Assembly: GCA_041497895.1 (NCBI GenBank) | Contig: JBGQHJ010000049.1 | Location: forward strand, 1-29,869 | Reading direction: 5' to 3' | Length of the DNA stretch: 29,869 nucleotides | DNA from: Candidatus Methylomirabilia bacterium | Lineage (GTDB): Bacteria > Methylomirabilota > Methylomirabilia > Rokubacteriales > CSP1-6 | In this document: positions 17,770-28,268 of the stretch, piece by piece | Layout: each line of letters opens with the position of its first letter | How positions within the stretch are numbered: position 1 is the first letter of the stretch | Program-made: the position numbers and the translations under genes | The notes under the pieces: generated by a model | Told to the model about the DNA's origin: nothing | Databases searched by the model: none | The model's input: the letters and a program-made list of their open reading frames with translations, nothing else

Positions 17770-18174
17770 ATGGCGTCGATACGGCGGGAGATGATGGTCG
17801 AGGCCCGAAGCGGAGACATCTGGGATGCGATCCGCGACGTGGGGGCGGTGCACACGCGGCTGGCGCCGGGCTTCGTGGTCGACACGCGCCTCGAGGAGGG
17901 CGCGCGGGTCGTCACGTTCGGCAACGGCCTGGTGGCCCGCGAGCTCATCGTCGACGTCGACGACCAGGCCCGCCGGCTCGTGTGGGCGGTGGTGGGCGGA
18001 CGCCCCTCGCATCACAACGCGTCGCTGCAGGTCTTCTCCGAGGGAGAGCGGCGCAGTCGGGTCGTCTGGCTCGCGGACCTGTTGCCCAACGACCTGGCCG
18101 ACCCCATCGCGGGGCTCATCGACCAGGGCATGGCGGTCATGAAGAAGACGCTGGAGGGCCGGGCCGCGATTTGA
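17770..18174 (+). CDS. SRPBCC (polyketide cyclase/START-like) family protein
   Basis: MASIRRE..., WDAIRDVGAVHTRLAPGFV and RVVTFGNG..ARE.IVDVDD. Confidence 0.85.
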   Translation: MASIRREMMVEARSGDIWDAIRDVGAVHTRLAPGFVVDTRLEEGARVVTFGNGLVARELIVDVDDQARRLVWAVVGGRPSHHNASLQVFSEGERRSRVVWLADLLPNDLADPIAGLIDQGMAVMKKTLEGRAAI

Positions 18175-18208
18175 CCTGTCGGCGAGTGTCTGGCACCCTA
18201 GCCGGGCG

Positions 18209-19600
18209 ATGAAGGCCGACGCGGTCACGGCTCTCGAGGATCTCTGGCGCCGGGCGGGCGGGGAGCCCGGAGCGCTCGAGCGCGTGACGCTCGCCGGCGC
18301 GGATCCGATCGTTCCCACCGACTTCAAGATCGGGACGGCGGCCTCCGCCACCATCGCCGCCGGCGCCCTCGCGGCCAGCGAGATCTGGCGCCTGCGGACC
18401 GGTCGAGAGCAGGCGGTCTCAGTCGATCTGCGGGCCGCGGTTGCCGCGTTCCGGAGCGAGCGGTACCAGCGGCTCGAGACCGATCCCTCGCTCGACCGTC
18501 GGGATCCGGTCTTCGGGTTCTACCGGGCCGGCGACGGGCGCTTCATCCAGATCCACTCCAACCTGCCGCACCATCGCGCGGGGGCGCTCAAGCTGCTCGG
18601 CTGCGAGGCCACGCGCGAGGCCGTCGCCGAGGCGGTGGCGAAGTGGACGGCCGGCGACCTCGAGGACGCGTTCGCGGCGGCCGGGCTGCCCACCGGCATG
18701 GTGCGGTCGCGGGCGGAGTGGCACGCGCACCCGCAGGGGCGCGCGGTCGCGGCGCTGCCCCTGTTCGAGATCGTGAAGATCGGGGAGGCGCCCCGCGAGC
18801 CCGCCGGCGAAGGGCCGCGCGCGCTCTCGGGCCTGCGCGTGCTCGACCTCACCCGCGTCATCGCGGGGCCGGTCTGCGGTCGCACCCTGGCCGCCTACGG
18901 GGCCGACGTGCTGCTCGTCACCGCTCCGCACCTGCCCAACGTCCCCGGCCTCGTGGTCGACACCGGCCTGGGCAAGCTCTCCGCGTCGCTCGACCTGCGG
19001 CGCGGCGCCGACCTGGAGACGCTGCGGGGGCTCGTCCGCGGCGCCGACGTCTTCTCCCAGTCCTACCGGCCGGGCGCGCTCGCGCACTGGGGGCTCGCGC
19101 CCGAAGACGTGGCCCGGCTCCGTCCCGGCATCGTGTACGTGACCCTCTCCGCCTTCGGGCACGAGGGGCCGTGGCGCGAGCGACGGGGCTTCGAGACCAT
19201 CATCCAGTCGGTGAGCGGCATGGCGCACGAGCAGGGAATCGCCGCCGGCGGCGAGGCGCCGCGACACCTGCCCGCCCAGGTCGTGGATCACGGGACCGGG
19301 TATCTCGCCGCCTTCGGGGCCCAGATGGCGCTGGCGCGCCGCGCCCGGGAGGGTGGGAGCTACCTCGTCCGGGTGTCGCTGGCCCAGACCGGCCGCTGGG
19401 TCGACGGGCTCGGCCGCGTCGACGGCCGGAGCACGCCCGACCTCGCGCCGGACGCGGTCCAGGACCTGATGGCGGACATGGACACGCCGTTCGGCCGGCT
19501 CCGCCACGTTCGCCCCGCGGCGCGCTTCGCGGAGACGCCCGCGTTCTGGGCGCGTCCGACCGTACCTCCCGGCACCCACGCCGCCGCCTGGCCCGCCTAG
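18209..19600 (+). CDS. CoA-transferase family III (CaiB/BaiF)
   Basis: LSGLRVLDLTRVIAGPVCGRTLAAYGADVL, GKLSASLDLR, QSYRPGAL, RRGFE and DHGTGY. Confidence 0.92.
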   Translation: MKADAVTALEDLWRRAGGEPGALERVTLAGADPIVPTDFKIGTAASATIAAGALAASEIWRLRTGREQAVSVDLRAAVAAFRSERYQRLETDPSLDRRDPVFGFYRAGDGRFIQIHSNLPHHRAGALKLLGCEATREAVAEAVAKWTAGDLEDAFAAAGLPTGMVRSRAEWHAHPQGRAVAALPLFEIVKIGEAPREPAGEGPRALSGLRVLDLTRVIAGPVCGRTLAAYGADVLLVTAPHLPNVPGLVVDTGLGKLSASLDLRRGADLETLRGLVRGADVFSQSYRPGALAHWGLAPEDVARLRPGIVYVTLSAFGHEGPWRERRGFETIIQSVSGMAHEQGIAAGGEAPRHLPAQVVDHGTGYLAAFGAQMALARRAREGGSYLVRVSLAQTGRWVDGLGRVDGRSTPDLAPDAVQDLMADMDTPFGRLRHVRPAARFAETPAFWARPTVPPGTHAAAWPA

Positions 19601-19630
19601 GTCACCGGGCCGCCTCGGCCTCGCCCCGGG

Positions 19631-19675
19631 TTGGACTTTGGTCCACTACCGGGGCGGGGAGCACCTCCCTACACT
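19631..19675 (+). promoter_or_regulatory. Palindromic operator copy 1 plus -10 hexamer
   Basis: TTGGACTTTGGTCCACTAC (19631-19649), a 20-nt spacer, then TACACT (19670-19675). Confidence 0.8.
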
Positions 19676-19720
19676 GTGAGTGCGATTCACCCATTCTCCG
19701 AAGGTGCCAGGAGGCAACTC

Positions 19721-20086
19721 ATGATGGTGCAGCCCGTATGGTTGAAGCCGGGAATCTGGGGTGCGGTAGTCGGTGGTGTTCTCACCATGATCGTGGGGTT
19801 CGGCTGGGGCGGGTGGACGACCAGCGGCACCGCGGGGCAGATGGCGGTCAAGCAGGCCGATGCCGCGGTCACGGCCGCGCTGGTGCCGATCTGTCTCGCC
19901 GGTGAGAAGGCCGATGTGGCGCGCGTCAAGAAGGTCGGCGAGCTCAACGCGATCACGTCGTCCTGGGAGCAGACCGAGTTCGTGATGAAGACCGGATGGG
20001 CGACGTTCCCGGGGCAGGCGGATCCCAATCGGTCGGTGGCGGAAAGCTGCGCGTCCGCGCTGCTCAAGACCGCGGCCACCAAGTAG
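19721..20086 (+). CDS. Hypothetical membrane-anchored protein with two cysteines
   Basis: AGGAGG RBS, TM segment ending GFGWGGW, LVPIC and GWATFPG...AESCA. Confidence 0.82.
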   Translation: MMVQPVWLKPGIWGAVVGGVLTMIVGFGWGGWTTSGTAGQMAVKQADAAVTAALVPICLAGEKADVARVKKVGELNAITSSWEQTEFVMKTGWATFPGQADPNRSVAESCASALLKTAATK

Positions 20087-20145
20087 ATCGGCCAGTCTCC
20101 GCTCCTCGCGATGGCACAGCATCGCGGTCTGACGGGGACCTCAGC

Positions 20146-20340
20146 ATGGCGGGCGGGGTCATCGTCGGCATTCTGCGGGAGCGCCATGCGGACCACATCG
20201 TCCTTCGCGACGGCACGCAGGTCTTTCTCACCGCCAAGCAGTCGGCGAGCGAGTTCGCCATCGGGATCAGCCTGACCGTCTCCTACACGGTCAAGAAGGG
20301 CGGCAAGAAGATGGCCGACAGCATCTGGCGCTGTGACTGA
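20146..20340 (+). CDS. Small hypothetical protein (possible OB-fold-like beta protein)
   Basis: 64 aa, MAGGVIVGILRERHADHIVLRDGT...LTVSYTVKKG, GC-rich third codon positions. Confidence 0.65.
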   Translation: MAGGVIVGILRERHADHIVLRDGTQVFLTAKQSASEFAIGISLTVSYTVKKGGKKMADSIWRCD

Positions 20341-20755
20341 GCCCACGCGGCGACGGTGGCGTTCCGGTGCCCTCGCGGCACTCCTGGGGCTCGCCTCGGT
20401 GTCGAGCGTGGGCGCGATCGAGCCGCAGGCCCTGATCGGCGCCTGGGTCGGAGAGTGGAACAACGGGCTCGGCGTCAGCGACGCCGTCTACCTGACGGTC
20501 ACCCGGGTGTCGGGCGACCGGGTCGAAGGCACCGTGTACTGGCAGGCGACCCCGGGCACGCCCTCCGAGAATCGCGACCTCCTCTTCGTGGGCACGCTGG
20601 TCGGGAGCACGCTGTCGGTTCGCGGCGCGCCCACGGTCCCGGGGAGCCCGGCCATGAGCTTCTCCTGCAGCGTCAGCCGGGACGGCGCGCGAATGGACGG
20701 GTTCTTCCAGGGGGCCGGCCGGTCGGCGGTCTCGTTCGCCCGGAAGCAGCCATAG
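20333..20755 (+). CDS. Hypothetical secreted beta-strand protein
   Basis: Signal peptide and LIGAWVGEW motif. Overlaps the upstream stop. Confidence 0.7.
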   Translation: MTEPTRRRWRSGALAALLGLASVSSVGAIEPQALIGAWVGEWNNGLGVSDAVYLTVTRVSGDRVEGTVYWQATPGTPSENRDLLFVGTLVGSTLSVRGAPTVPGSPAMSFSCSVSRDGARMDGFFQGAGRSAVSFARKQP

Positions 20756-20772
20756 CAGCCCGAGGAGGAGCG

Positions 20773-21234
20773 GTGATAGAGGACAGGACCTATCCGGTAA
20801 CGCCCCCGTCGATGACGGTGAAGTGCGGGATCATCACGGGTGAGGTCGTCGATCTGAAGGTGACCGAGCGGGTCGAGAAGGGCACCGACCGCGTTGTCTC
20901 GCCCGCGAGGCTCACCGGGACCCTGCGCCTCGAGAACACGTCTGTGAATCGCACGGTGCGCCTGGTGGAGGGCAAGCTCCGGTTCATGGATGCCCACGGG
21001 CAGCCCATCAAACTCGAAGGGGCCCGGACCGAGTCGATCGTCCGGTTCACCCCGTACGTGGACGAGCGGCTCGATCCCGGCCAGGATACGACCCGGATCC
21101 TCGACGTGGAGTTTCCGGTGGAGGCGCTCAAGGCGGAGCGGCTCAAGGAGATCCGGCTCGAGCTCGCCTACATCCCGTCGCCCTTCCGGGAGGAAGTCGT
21201 CAACTTCGTGGTCTCGATCGGCGCCGGCCAGTAG
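20773..21234 (+). CDS. Hypothetical beta-rich protein
   Basis: GAGGAGGAG RBS then GTG 20773, Ig-like strand pattern (LTGTLRLENTS, LDPGQDT), GC-rich third codon positions. Confidence 0.75.
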   Translation: MIEDRTYPVTPPSMTVKCGIITGEVVDLKVTERVEKGTDRVVSPARLTGTLRLENTSVNRTVRLVEGKLRFMDAHGQPIKLEGARTESIVRFTPYVDERLDPGQDTTRILDVEFPVEALKAERLKEIRLELAYIPSPFREEVVNFVVSIGAGQ

Positions 21235-21266
21235 GCCGTCACGTCCGGCCCAGGAGGATTCATCGC

Positions 21267-21413
21267 ATGACGAGGTTCATCCAGCTGTGCGCGTCGCAGA
21301 ACAATCTCTTCGCGCTCGACGAGGAGGGCAACGTCTACCAGTATCATTTCAACGTGAAGACCTGGGTGAAGCTGACCGCCACCCGGGAGCAGCCCGCCGA
21401 AGGCGCCGCCTGA
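21267..21413 (+). CDS. Small 48-aa hypothetical protein (absent from the ORF track)
   Basis: AGGAGG RBS, MTRFIQLCASQNNLFALDEEGNVYQYHFNVKTWVKLTATREQPAEGAA, strongly GC-rich third codon positions. Confidence 0.75.
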   Translation: MTRFIQLCASQNNLFALDEEGNVYQYHFNVKTWVKLTATREQPAEGAA

Positions 21414-21440
21414 CCGGCGATCCCAACCCGTTTCACGATG

Positions 21441-21482
21441 GGAAAGGAGCCCGCCCGGCTCTGGATCGCCGGACGGGCTTCC
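21441..21482 (-). terminator. Probable intrinsic terminator of groEL
   Basis: Minus strand AGCCCGTCCGGC-GATCCAGA-GCCGGGCGGGCT followed by CCTTTCC, just after the groEL stop. Confidence 0.6.
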
Positions 21483-21488
21483 GCATAT

Positions 21489-23455
<1,967 letters not shown>

Positions 23456-23477
23456 GTTGTCGGTCCCTCCCACGGTC

Positions 23478-23551
23478 AGGCTATCCGTTGTGGCGAGGCG
23501 AAAGTAGTGGACCAAGGTCCAATGGCCGTTCGGAAGGGCGGCGGCTAGAGT
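23478..23551. promoter_or_regulatory. Palindromic operator copy 2 with symmetric divergent -10 hexamers
   Basis: GTAGTGGACCAAGGTCCAA (23504-23522). Minus-strand TAGCCT starts at 23483 and plus-strand TAGAGT starts at 23546, both 31.5 nt from the dyad centre at 23514.5. Confidence 0.8.
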
Positions 23552-23578
23552 CGAAGGCGAGCAACCAGGGAGGACCAC

Positions 23579-23815
23579 ATGATGACCCCACGCGGAGCAC
23601 TTGGGCGATTGGCGACCACCGGGATCTACATGGTGCGGGACGTGCCGCGCGATCTCCAGCGGGCCGCGAGAGACCGGGCGGCCAGCCAGGGAACCACCCT
23701 CCACCGTGTGCTGCTGCAGGGCCTGCGCGAGTACGCGGCCGGCACGTGGGCTCCCCAGCTCGACGATGGAGGGGACAAATCGGCTCGCCGGGACGCCTCG
23801 CGGGGGCGAGGGTAG
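23579..23815 (+). CDS. Small putative ribbon-helix-helix DNA-binding protein
   Basis: [46 protein letters not shown] fits the strand-helix-helix RHH pattern. Confidence 0.7.
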   Translation: MMTPRGALGRLATTGIYMVRDVPRDLQRAARDRAASQGTTLHRVLLQGLREYAAGTWAPQLDDGGDKSARRDASRGRG

Positions 23816-23817
23816 CG

Positions 23818-24150
23818 ATGGAGGAGGACGCCTTCGCCCGCCGGTTCCGGGATCGCGAGGGCCCGTACCATCTCTACGACTCGGGAGATCGGCCGTTGAT
23901 CCGGGCCGAGACCGGGGCGCACGTGCTCGGGGCGCTGCTCGATCGGCGGGCGCGCCTCGTCTTTCTGGACGATCCGGGGTGCCGGGAGGACTCGGTCCTG
24001 AGGATCACGTATCCGACCGGGGAGTGGTCGCCCGGGCCGGTGGAGCCGGGGGAGTGCGGATGCGGTGACGCCCGGTGCCGGGGGCGCCTGGTCGTCACGC
24101 TGCACGACGCCCACGCGGGGCCGGACTGGATGCTGACCTTCAGGGGCTAG
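23818..24150 (+). CDS. Hypothetical protein with a Cys cluster (CGCGDARC)
   Basis: ATG two bases after the upstream stop, GAGGG RBS, 110 aa. Confidence 0.6.
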   Translation: MEEDAFARRFRDREGPYHLYDSGDRPLIRAETGAHVLGALLDRRARLVFLDDPGCREDSVLRITYPTGEWSPGPVEPGECGCGDARCRGRLVVTLHDAHAGPDWMLTFRG

Positions 24151-24163
24151 AGGAGAGAGACCG

Positions 24164-24643
24164 GTGGCATACCTGACGCTGGCTCGGGCGATCGACGACT
24201 TGACGCGCTCCGGGTTCGTCGAGCACTTCGGGGTGAGCGGCAGCGATCTGCGATCATTCGACAGCGGGAGGAAGTTCACCGCGGCGCAGGTCGTGATCCG
24301 GGAGTATCACCGCTTCGAGGGGGTCTCGGACCCCGACGACATGTCCATCGTCTACGCGATCGAGGGTCAGGGTGGCGTCCGCGGGACCCTGGTCGACGCC
24401 TTCGGGGTCTACTCGGACCCGACGGTGAGCGCGTTCCTCCAGGATGTGCCGATCCGCGGGGCCAGTCGGTTTGCCGGAGGTGTCGCCGAGCGATCCTGGG
24501 AGTTCGGCCCGCCGGGTGAGATCCACGAGCGGCGGATGACCCGCGAGCCGGCGCGCTTCGGAACCTACCGTCACGGCCTCCCGGTCCCGGTCCCGGCCGA
24601 CCCGTGGCACGACGAAGGCGGCGAGAGCGGGCCCGAGCAGTGA
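24164..24643 (+). CDS. Conserved hypothetical protein (short family often labelled 'phosphoribosylpyrophosphate synthetase')
   Basis: Signature YHRFEGVSDPDDMSIVYAIE...GTLVDAFGVYSD and GAGGAG RBS. Too short for a true PRPP synthetase and lacks its motifs. Confidence 0.78.
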   Translation: MAYLTLARAIDDLTRSGFVEHFGVSGSDLRSFDSGRKFTAAQVVIREYHRFEGVSDPDDMSIVYAIEGQGGVRGTLVDAFGVYSDPTVSAFLQDVPIRGASRFAGGVAERSWEFGPPGEIHERRMTREPARFGTYRHGLPVPVPADPWHDEGGESGPEQ

Positions 24644-24647
24644 CCGG

Positions 24648-26774
24648 CTACGCGCTCAGGGCGCCCGCTCGGGTGGCCGCCTCGTAGAGCCAATCCTGGG
24701 AGCGGAGCGCGGGATCGCGCTCCGGCCGGATGCGCGCCCAGGTGCCGTCGGCAAGCATGCGGCGCCCCTTCACGGTATCGGCGAGCTGGATCTCGAGGAT
24801 CTCCCGGATCCGTTCCTGCAGGTGGGGAGCCAGCACCGGGAACGCGATCTCCACGCGCCGATCCAGGTTGCGCGGCATCCAGTCGGCCGAGGCCAGCAGG
24901 TATTCGGGGGCCCCCGCATTCTGGAAGTGGAAGACGCGGGCGTGCTCGAGATAGCGATCGACGATCGAGACGACCCGGATGTTCTCCGAGCGGCCCGTCA
25001 CCGCGGGACGCAGGCAACAGACTCCGCGCACGATGAGGTCGATGGTGACCCCGGCCTCGCTGGCCGCGTACAGCTCCTCGATCAGCCGCCGGTCCACGAG
25101 CCCGTTCATCTTGGCGATGATCCGGGCCGGGCGCCCGGCCTGCGCGTGGGCGACTTCGCGTCGGATCCGTTCGACGAGGCCGTCACGCAGGCCGAGGGGG
25201 GCCACGAGCAGGTGGTGGAAGCCGGTCGGGGAGGTCTCGCCGGTGAGGAGATCGAAGAGCTGGGTGAGGTCCTCGCCAAACGCCTCACGGGCGGTGAAGA
25301 GCCCGAGATCGCTGTAGATGCCGGCGGTGCGGACGTTGTAGTTGCCGGTCGCGAGGTGGCAATACCGCCGGACGCCATCGTCCTCCCGTCGGACGACCAG
25401 GCAGGCCTTGCCGTGGGTCTTGAAGCCCGGGAGGCCGTAGACCACGTGGGCGCCGACCTCCTCGAGCGCGCGGGCCCAGCGGATGTTCGCCTCCTCGTCG
25501 AATCGCGCCTGCAGCTCCACCAGGACCGTGACCGCCTTGCCGTTCTCGACCGCCGCGTGGAGGGCGTGCGGGATCGGGGACGAGGAGCTCACGCGGTAGA
25601 GTGTCATCTTGATGGCGAGAACCTGGGGATCGACGGAGGCCTCGCGGACGAAGCGGGTGACCGCGTCGAAGGCGTGATAGGGATGGTGCACGAGGAAGTC
25701 CTGGGCCCGCAGGGCGCTCCAGATATCGGAGGCTCGGTCGAACACGGGCACGGGGCGCGAGGGTCGCGACCGCTCCTTGAGCCGGGGCGTGTCGACCGCC
25801 GCGTAGAGCTCGAGGAGGCCCGAGAAGGGTGCCCCCCTGTCGCCCTCGTAGGTGTCATCGGGTTGCAGCTCCAGCTCGTTCAGCAGTACGGCCAGGAGGT
25901 CGGGCGGGAGATCGCGGTCATGCTGCAGCCGCACCGCCGGCCCCCGGCGCCGCACCGGCAGGCTCTCCTCGATGCTCGCGAGGAGATTCTCCCGGCGCCC
26001 CGGCCGCGGCAGATCCGCGTCGCGCGTGACGCGAACGACATGGCTGGAGAGGATCTCATCGCCGGGGTAGATGGCGGGCAAGCGCAGCCGGATCACGTCT
26101 TCGAGCAGCATGAAGGCCTGGCCTCGGTGCGGGTCGGGCAGCGCGACGAATCGCGGCAGGCCCTGATCGGGGGCGTGGAGCAGGGAGAGGCGCGGGCGCG
26201 CGCCGGCCGAAGGATCCGAGGGGCGGAGGGCGACGACCAGGCAGAGAGACCGGTCTCCGAGGTAGGGGAAGGGCCGGGCCGGATCGACGGTGAGGGGCGT
26301 CAGTACCGGGAGCAGCGTGCGCCGGACATAGTCGTCGAGGAAGCGCTCCTGCTCCCCGGTGATCTCGCGCGGGCCGCGGAGGACAATGCCCTCGGCGGCG
26401 AGGAGCGGGCGGATGTCGTCCAGGAAGCAACGCTGCTGCCGCGCCACCAGCTCGTGAACGCGCTCGGACACCGCGGCCATGGCCGAGGCGGGGGTGAGCC
26501 CGTCGGGACCCGCGCGCCGGTCGCCGGCATGGATCCGGCGCTTCAGCATGGCCACCCGGACCATGAAGAACTCGTCGAGGTTCGAGCTGAAGATGGCGAG
26601 GAACTTGACCCGCTCGAGCAGGGGCACCGTGGGATCCTGGGCCTCCTCGAGCACCCGCCGGTTGAACTCGAGCCAGGACAGCTCGCGGTTCACGAACGCC
26701 TCCGGGGGCAGCCCATGGGCCGCCGTCGAGCGCCTCGTCGAGCCGGGATCGACCACCTGCACGAGCTTCGTCAC
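24648..26774 (-). CDS. ppk1: Polyphosphate kinase 1
   Basis: NRELSWLEFNRRVLEEA, SNLDEFFMVRVA, HHPY, KMTLYR, ARFDEEANI, KTHGK, TGNYN and SADWMPRNLDRRVE. Start GTG 26774 preferred; the ORF track uses 26783. Confidence 0.97.
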   Translation of the reverse strand: MTKLVQVVDPGSTRRSTAAHGLPPEAFVNRELSWLEFNRRVLEEAQDPTVPLLERVKFLAIFSSNLDEFFMVRVAMLKRRIHAGDRRAGPDGLTPASAMAAVSERVHELVARQQRCFLDDIRPLLAAEGIVLRGPREITGEQERFLDDYVRRTLLPVLTPLTVDPARPFPYLGDRSLCLVVALRPSDPSAGARPRLSLLHAPDQGLPRFVALPDPHRGQAFMLLEDVIRLRLPAIYPGDEILSSHVVRVTRDADLPRPGRRENLLASIEESLPVRRRGPAVRLQHDRDLPPDLLAVLLNELELQPDDTYEGDRGAPFSGLLELYAAVDTPRLKERSRPSRPVPVFDRASDIWSALRAQDFLVHHPYHAFDAVTRFVREASVDPQVLAIKMTLYRVSSSSPIPHALHAAVENGKAVTVLVELQARFDEEANIRWARALEEVGAHVVYGLPGFKTHGKACLVVRREDDGVRRYCHLATGNYNVRTAGIYSDLGLFTAREAFGEDLTQLFDLLTGETSPTGFHHLLVAPLGLRDGLVERIRREVAHAQAGRPARIIAKMNGLVDRRLIEELYAASEAGVTIDLIVRGVCCLRPAVTGRSENIRVVSIVDRYLEHARVFHFQNAGAPEYLLASADWMPRNLDRRVEIAFPVLAPHLQERIREILEIQLADTVKGRRMLADGTWARIRPERDPALRSQDWLYEAATRAGALSA

Positions 26775-26781
26775 CCGACCC

Positions 26782-26826
26782 ACGGTAGCAGCCGCGCTCG
26801 AGCCTCCGTAGTGGACCTTGGTCCCA
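26782..26826 (-). promoter_or_regulatory. Palindromic operator copy 3 plus extended -10, oriented toward ppk1
   Basis: Minus strand TGGGACCAAGGTCCACTAC (26826-26808), a 20-nt spacer ending TGC, then TACCGT (26787-26782). Confidence 0.8.
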
Positions 26827-26853
26827 TACCGGGGTCAGCTCCGGGCGGCGGAA

Positions 26854-26882
26854 TTGCCGGATGGTCGAGGCCAGACTATAGT
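26854..26882 (+). promoter_or_regulatory. Sigma70-type promoter for the sensor kinase
   Basis: TTGCCG (26854-59), 17 nt, TATAGT (26877-82). ATG follows 9 nt later with no Shine-Dalgarno. Confidence 0.65.
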
Positions 26883-26891
26883 ATCGATCGA

Positions 26892-28268
26892 ATGTTCGGC
26901 GAGTGGGTCGTCTGGCGAGTCGCGGCTGGCGCGGTGCTGATCCTCTCGTCGCTGCTTCTCGCCGTCGGGCTCCTGCTCGAGCGGGCGGGCCGGCGGCGCG
27001 CGGAGGTCCTGCTCGGCGAGCGGCTCCGCTTCGAGACCCTGCTGTCCGAGCAGGTCGCCACCTTCAGCCGGATAGCCCCGGCCGACGTCGATCGGGAGAT
27101 CCAGCGGGCCCTCCGCCGGATCGCCGACGTGCTGGCGGTGGACTGGGGGAACCTGACCGAATACTCGGACGACAGTCGAACCGCCCGGGTCACGCACTGG
27201 TGGGTGGCCGACGGGGTGGGGCCGCAGCCGTCGGCGATCGCATTCGAGGAGATCCCGTGGGTCGTGAGCCGCCTGCGGCGCGGGGAGCTGGTGAGGTTCT
27301 CGAAGCTCGAGGAGCTGCCGGAGCGCGAGGCCGCGGTCGACCGGCAGACGTACCGGGGGCTGGGCATCAAGTCGCAGGTCGCGGTTCCCTTGGCGGTGGA
27401 GGGGGTGGTGGTCGGCGCCCTCGCGTTCAGCACCGTCGGAGCCGAGCGGATCTGGCGGGACGAGCTCGTCCAGCGCCTGCACCTCCTCGGGGACGTGTTC
27501 GCCAACACGCTGTCGCGGAGGCGATTCGAGATGGAAGGCCAGCGACTCCGCCAGGATCTCGCCCACGTGGGGCGCGTCTTCACGATAGGCGAGCTGACCG
27601 CATCCCTGGCGCACGAGCTCAACCAGCCCCTGACCGCGATCCTGAGCAATGCGCAGGCGGCCCAGCGCATCCTCGCCTCCGACCGGGCCGATCTCGCGGA
27701 GATCCGCGAGATCCTGGGGGACATCGTCGAGGACGACAAGCGCGCGGGCGAGGTGATCCACCGCCTGCGCGGCTTCCTCAAGAAGAGCAACCTCGAGCTC
27801 TCGACCCTCGACGTCGGGGAGCTCGTGAGCCAGGTGGCCCGGCTCGTGAGCAGCGATGCGATCATTCGCAACGTGGTGATCCGGCTGGAGCTGGCCCCCG
27901 GGCTCCCCCCGGTGAGCGGTGACCGGGTGCAGCTGCAGCAGGTGATCCTGAACCTGCTCATGAACGGATTGGACGCGATGCGGGACTCCGGCGAGGGGGA
28001 GCGCACGCTCGTGCTGCGGACCTTCCGGGGCGGTCCCCCGGCGAGCGTGGTGGTGGCGGTGGAGGACTCGGGGGTAGGGATCGACGAGGCCGACCTCGAG
28101 CACGTCTTCCACGCGTTCTACACGACGAAGCCCGAGGGGCTGGGGATGGGACTCGCGATCGCGCGCTCCATCGTCGAGGCGCACGGCGGCCGCCTGGAGG
28201 CGAGGAACAACCCCGGGCGAGGCGCCACCTTCTCGTTCACGCTGCCCGCCATCGAGGAAGGGTCGTGA
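26892..28268 (+). CDS. Sensor histidine kinase (single TM, GAF-like, HisKA, HATPase)
   Basis: N-terminal TM, GAF-like region (GIKSQVAVPL..GVVVGALAF), H-box LAHELNQPL, N-box QVILNLLMNG, and DSGVG, FYTTK, GLGMGL. Confidence 0.93.
   Translation: MFGEWVVWRVAAGAVLILSSLLLAVGLLLERAGRRRAEVLLGERLRFETLLSEQVATFSRIAPADVDREIQRALRRIADVLAVDWGNLTEYSDDSRTARVTHWWVADGVGPQPSAIAFEEIPWVVSRLRRGELVRFSKLEELPEREAAVDRQTYRGLGIKSQVAVPLAVEGVVVGALAFSTVGAERIWRDELVQRLHLLGDVFANTLSRRRFEMEGQRLRQDLAHVGRVFTIGELTASLAHELNQPLTAILSNAQAAQRILASDRADLAEIREILGDIVEDDKRAGEVIHRLRGFLKKSNLELSTLDVGELVSQVARLVSSDAIIRNVVIRLELAPGLPPVSGDRVQLQQVILNLLMNGLDAMRDSGEGERTLVLRTFRGGPPASVVVAVEDSGVGIDEADLEHVFHAFYTTKPEGLGMGLAIARSIVEAHGGRLEARNNPGRGATFSFTLPAIEEGS

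Noticed and set aside
20111..20127. TGGCACAGCATCGC as a sigma54 promoter
   Set aside because: GG-to-GC spacing is 9 nt, not the required 10.
24164..24643. Calling this gene prs (PRPP synthetase)
   Set aside because: It is far too short and lacks PRPP-binding motifs. The family label appears to be a propagated misannotation.
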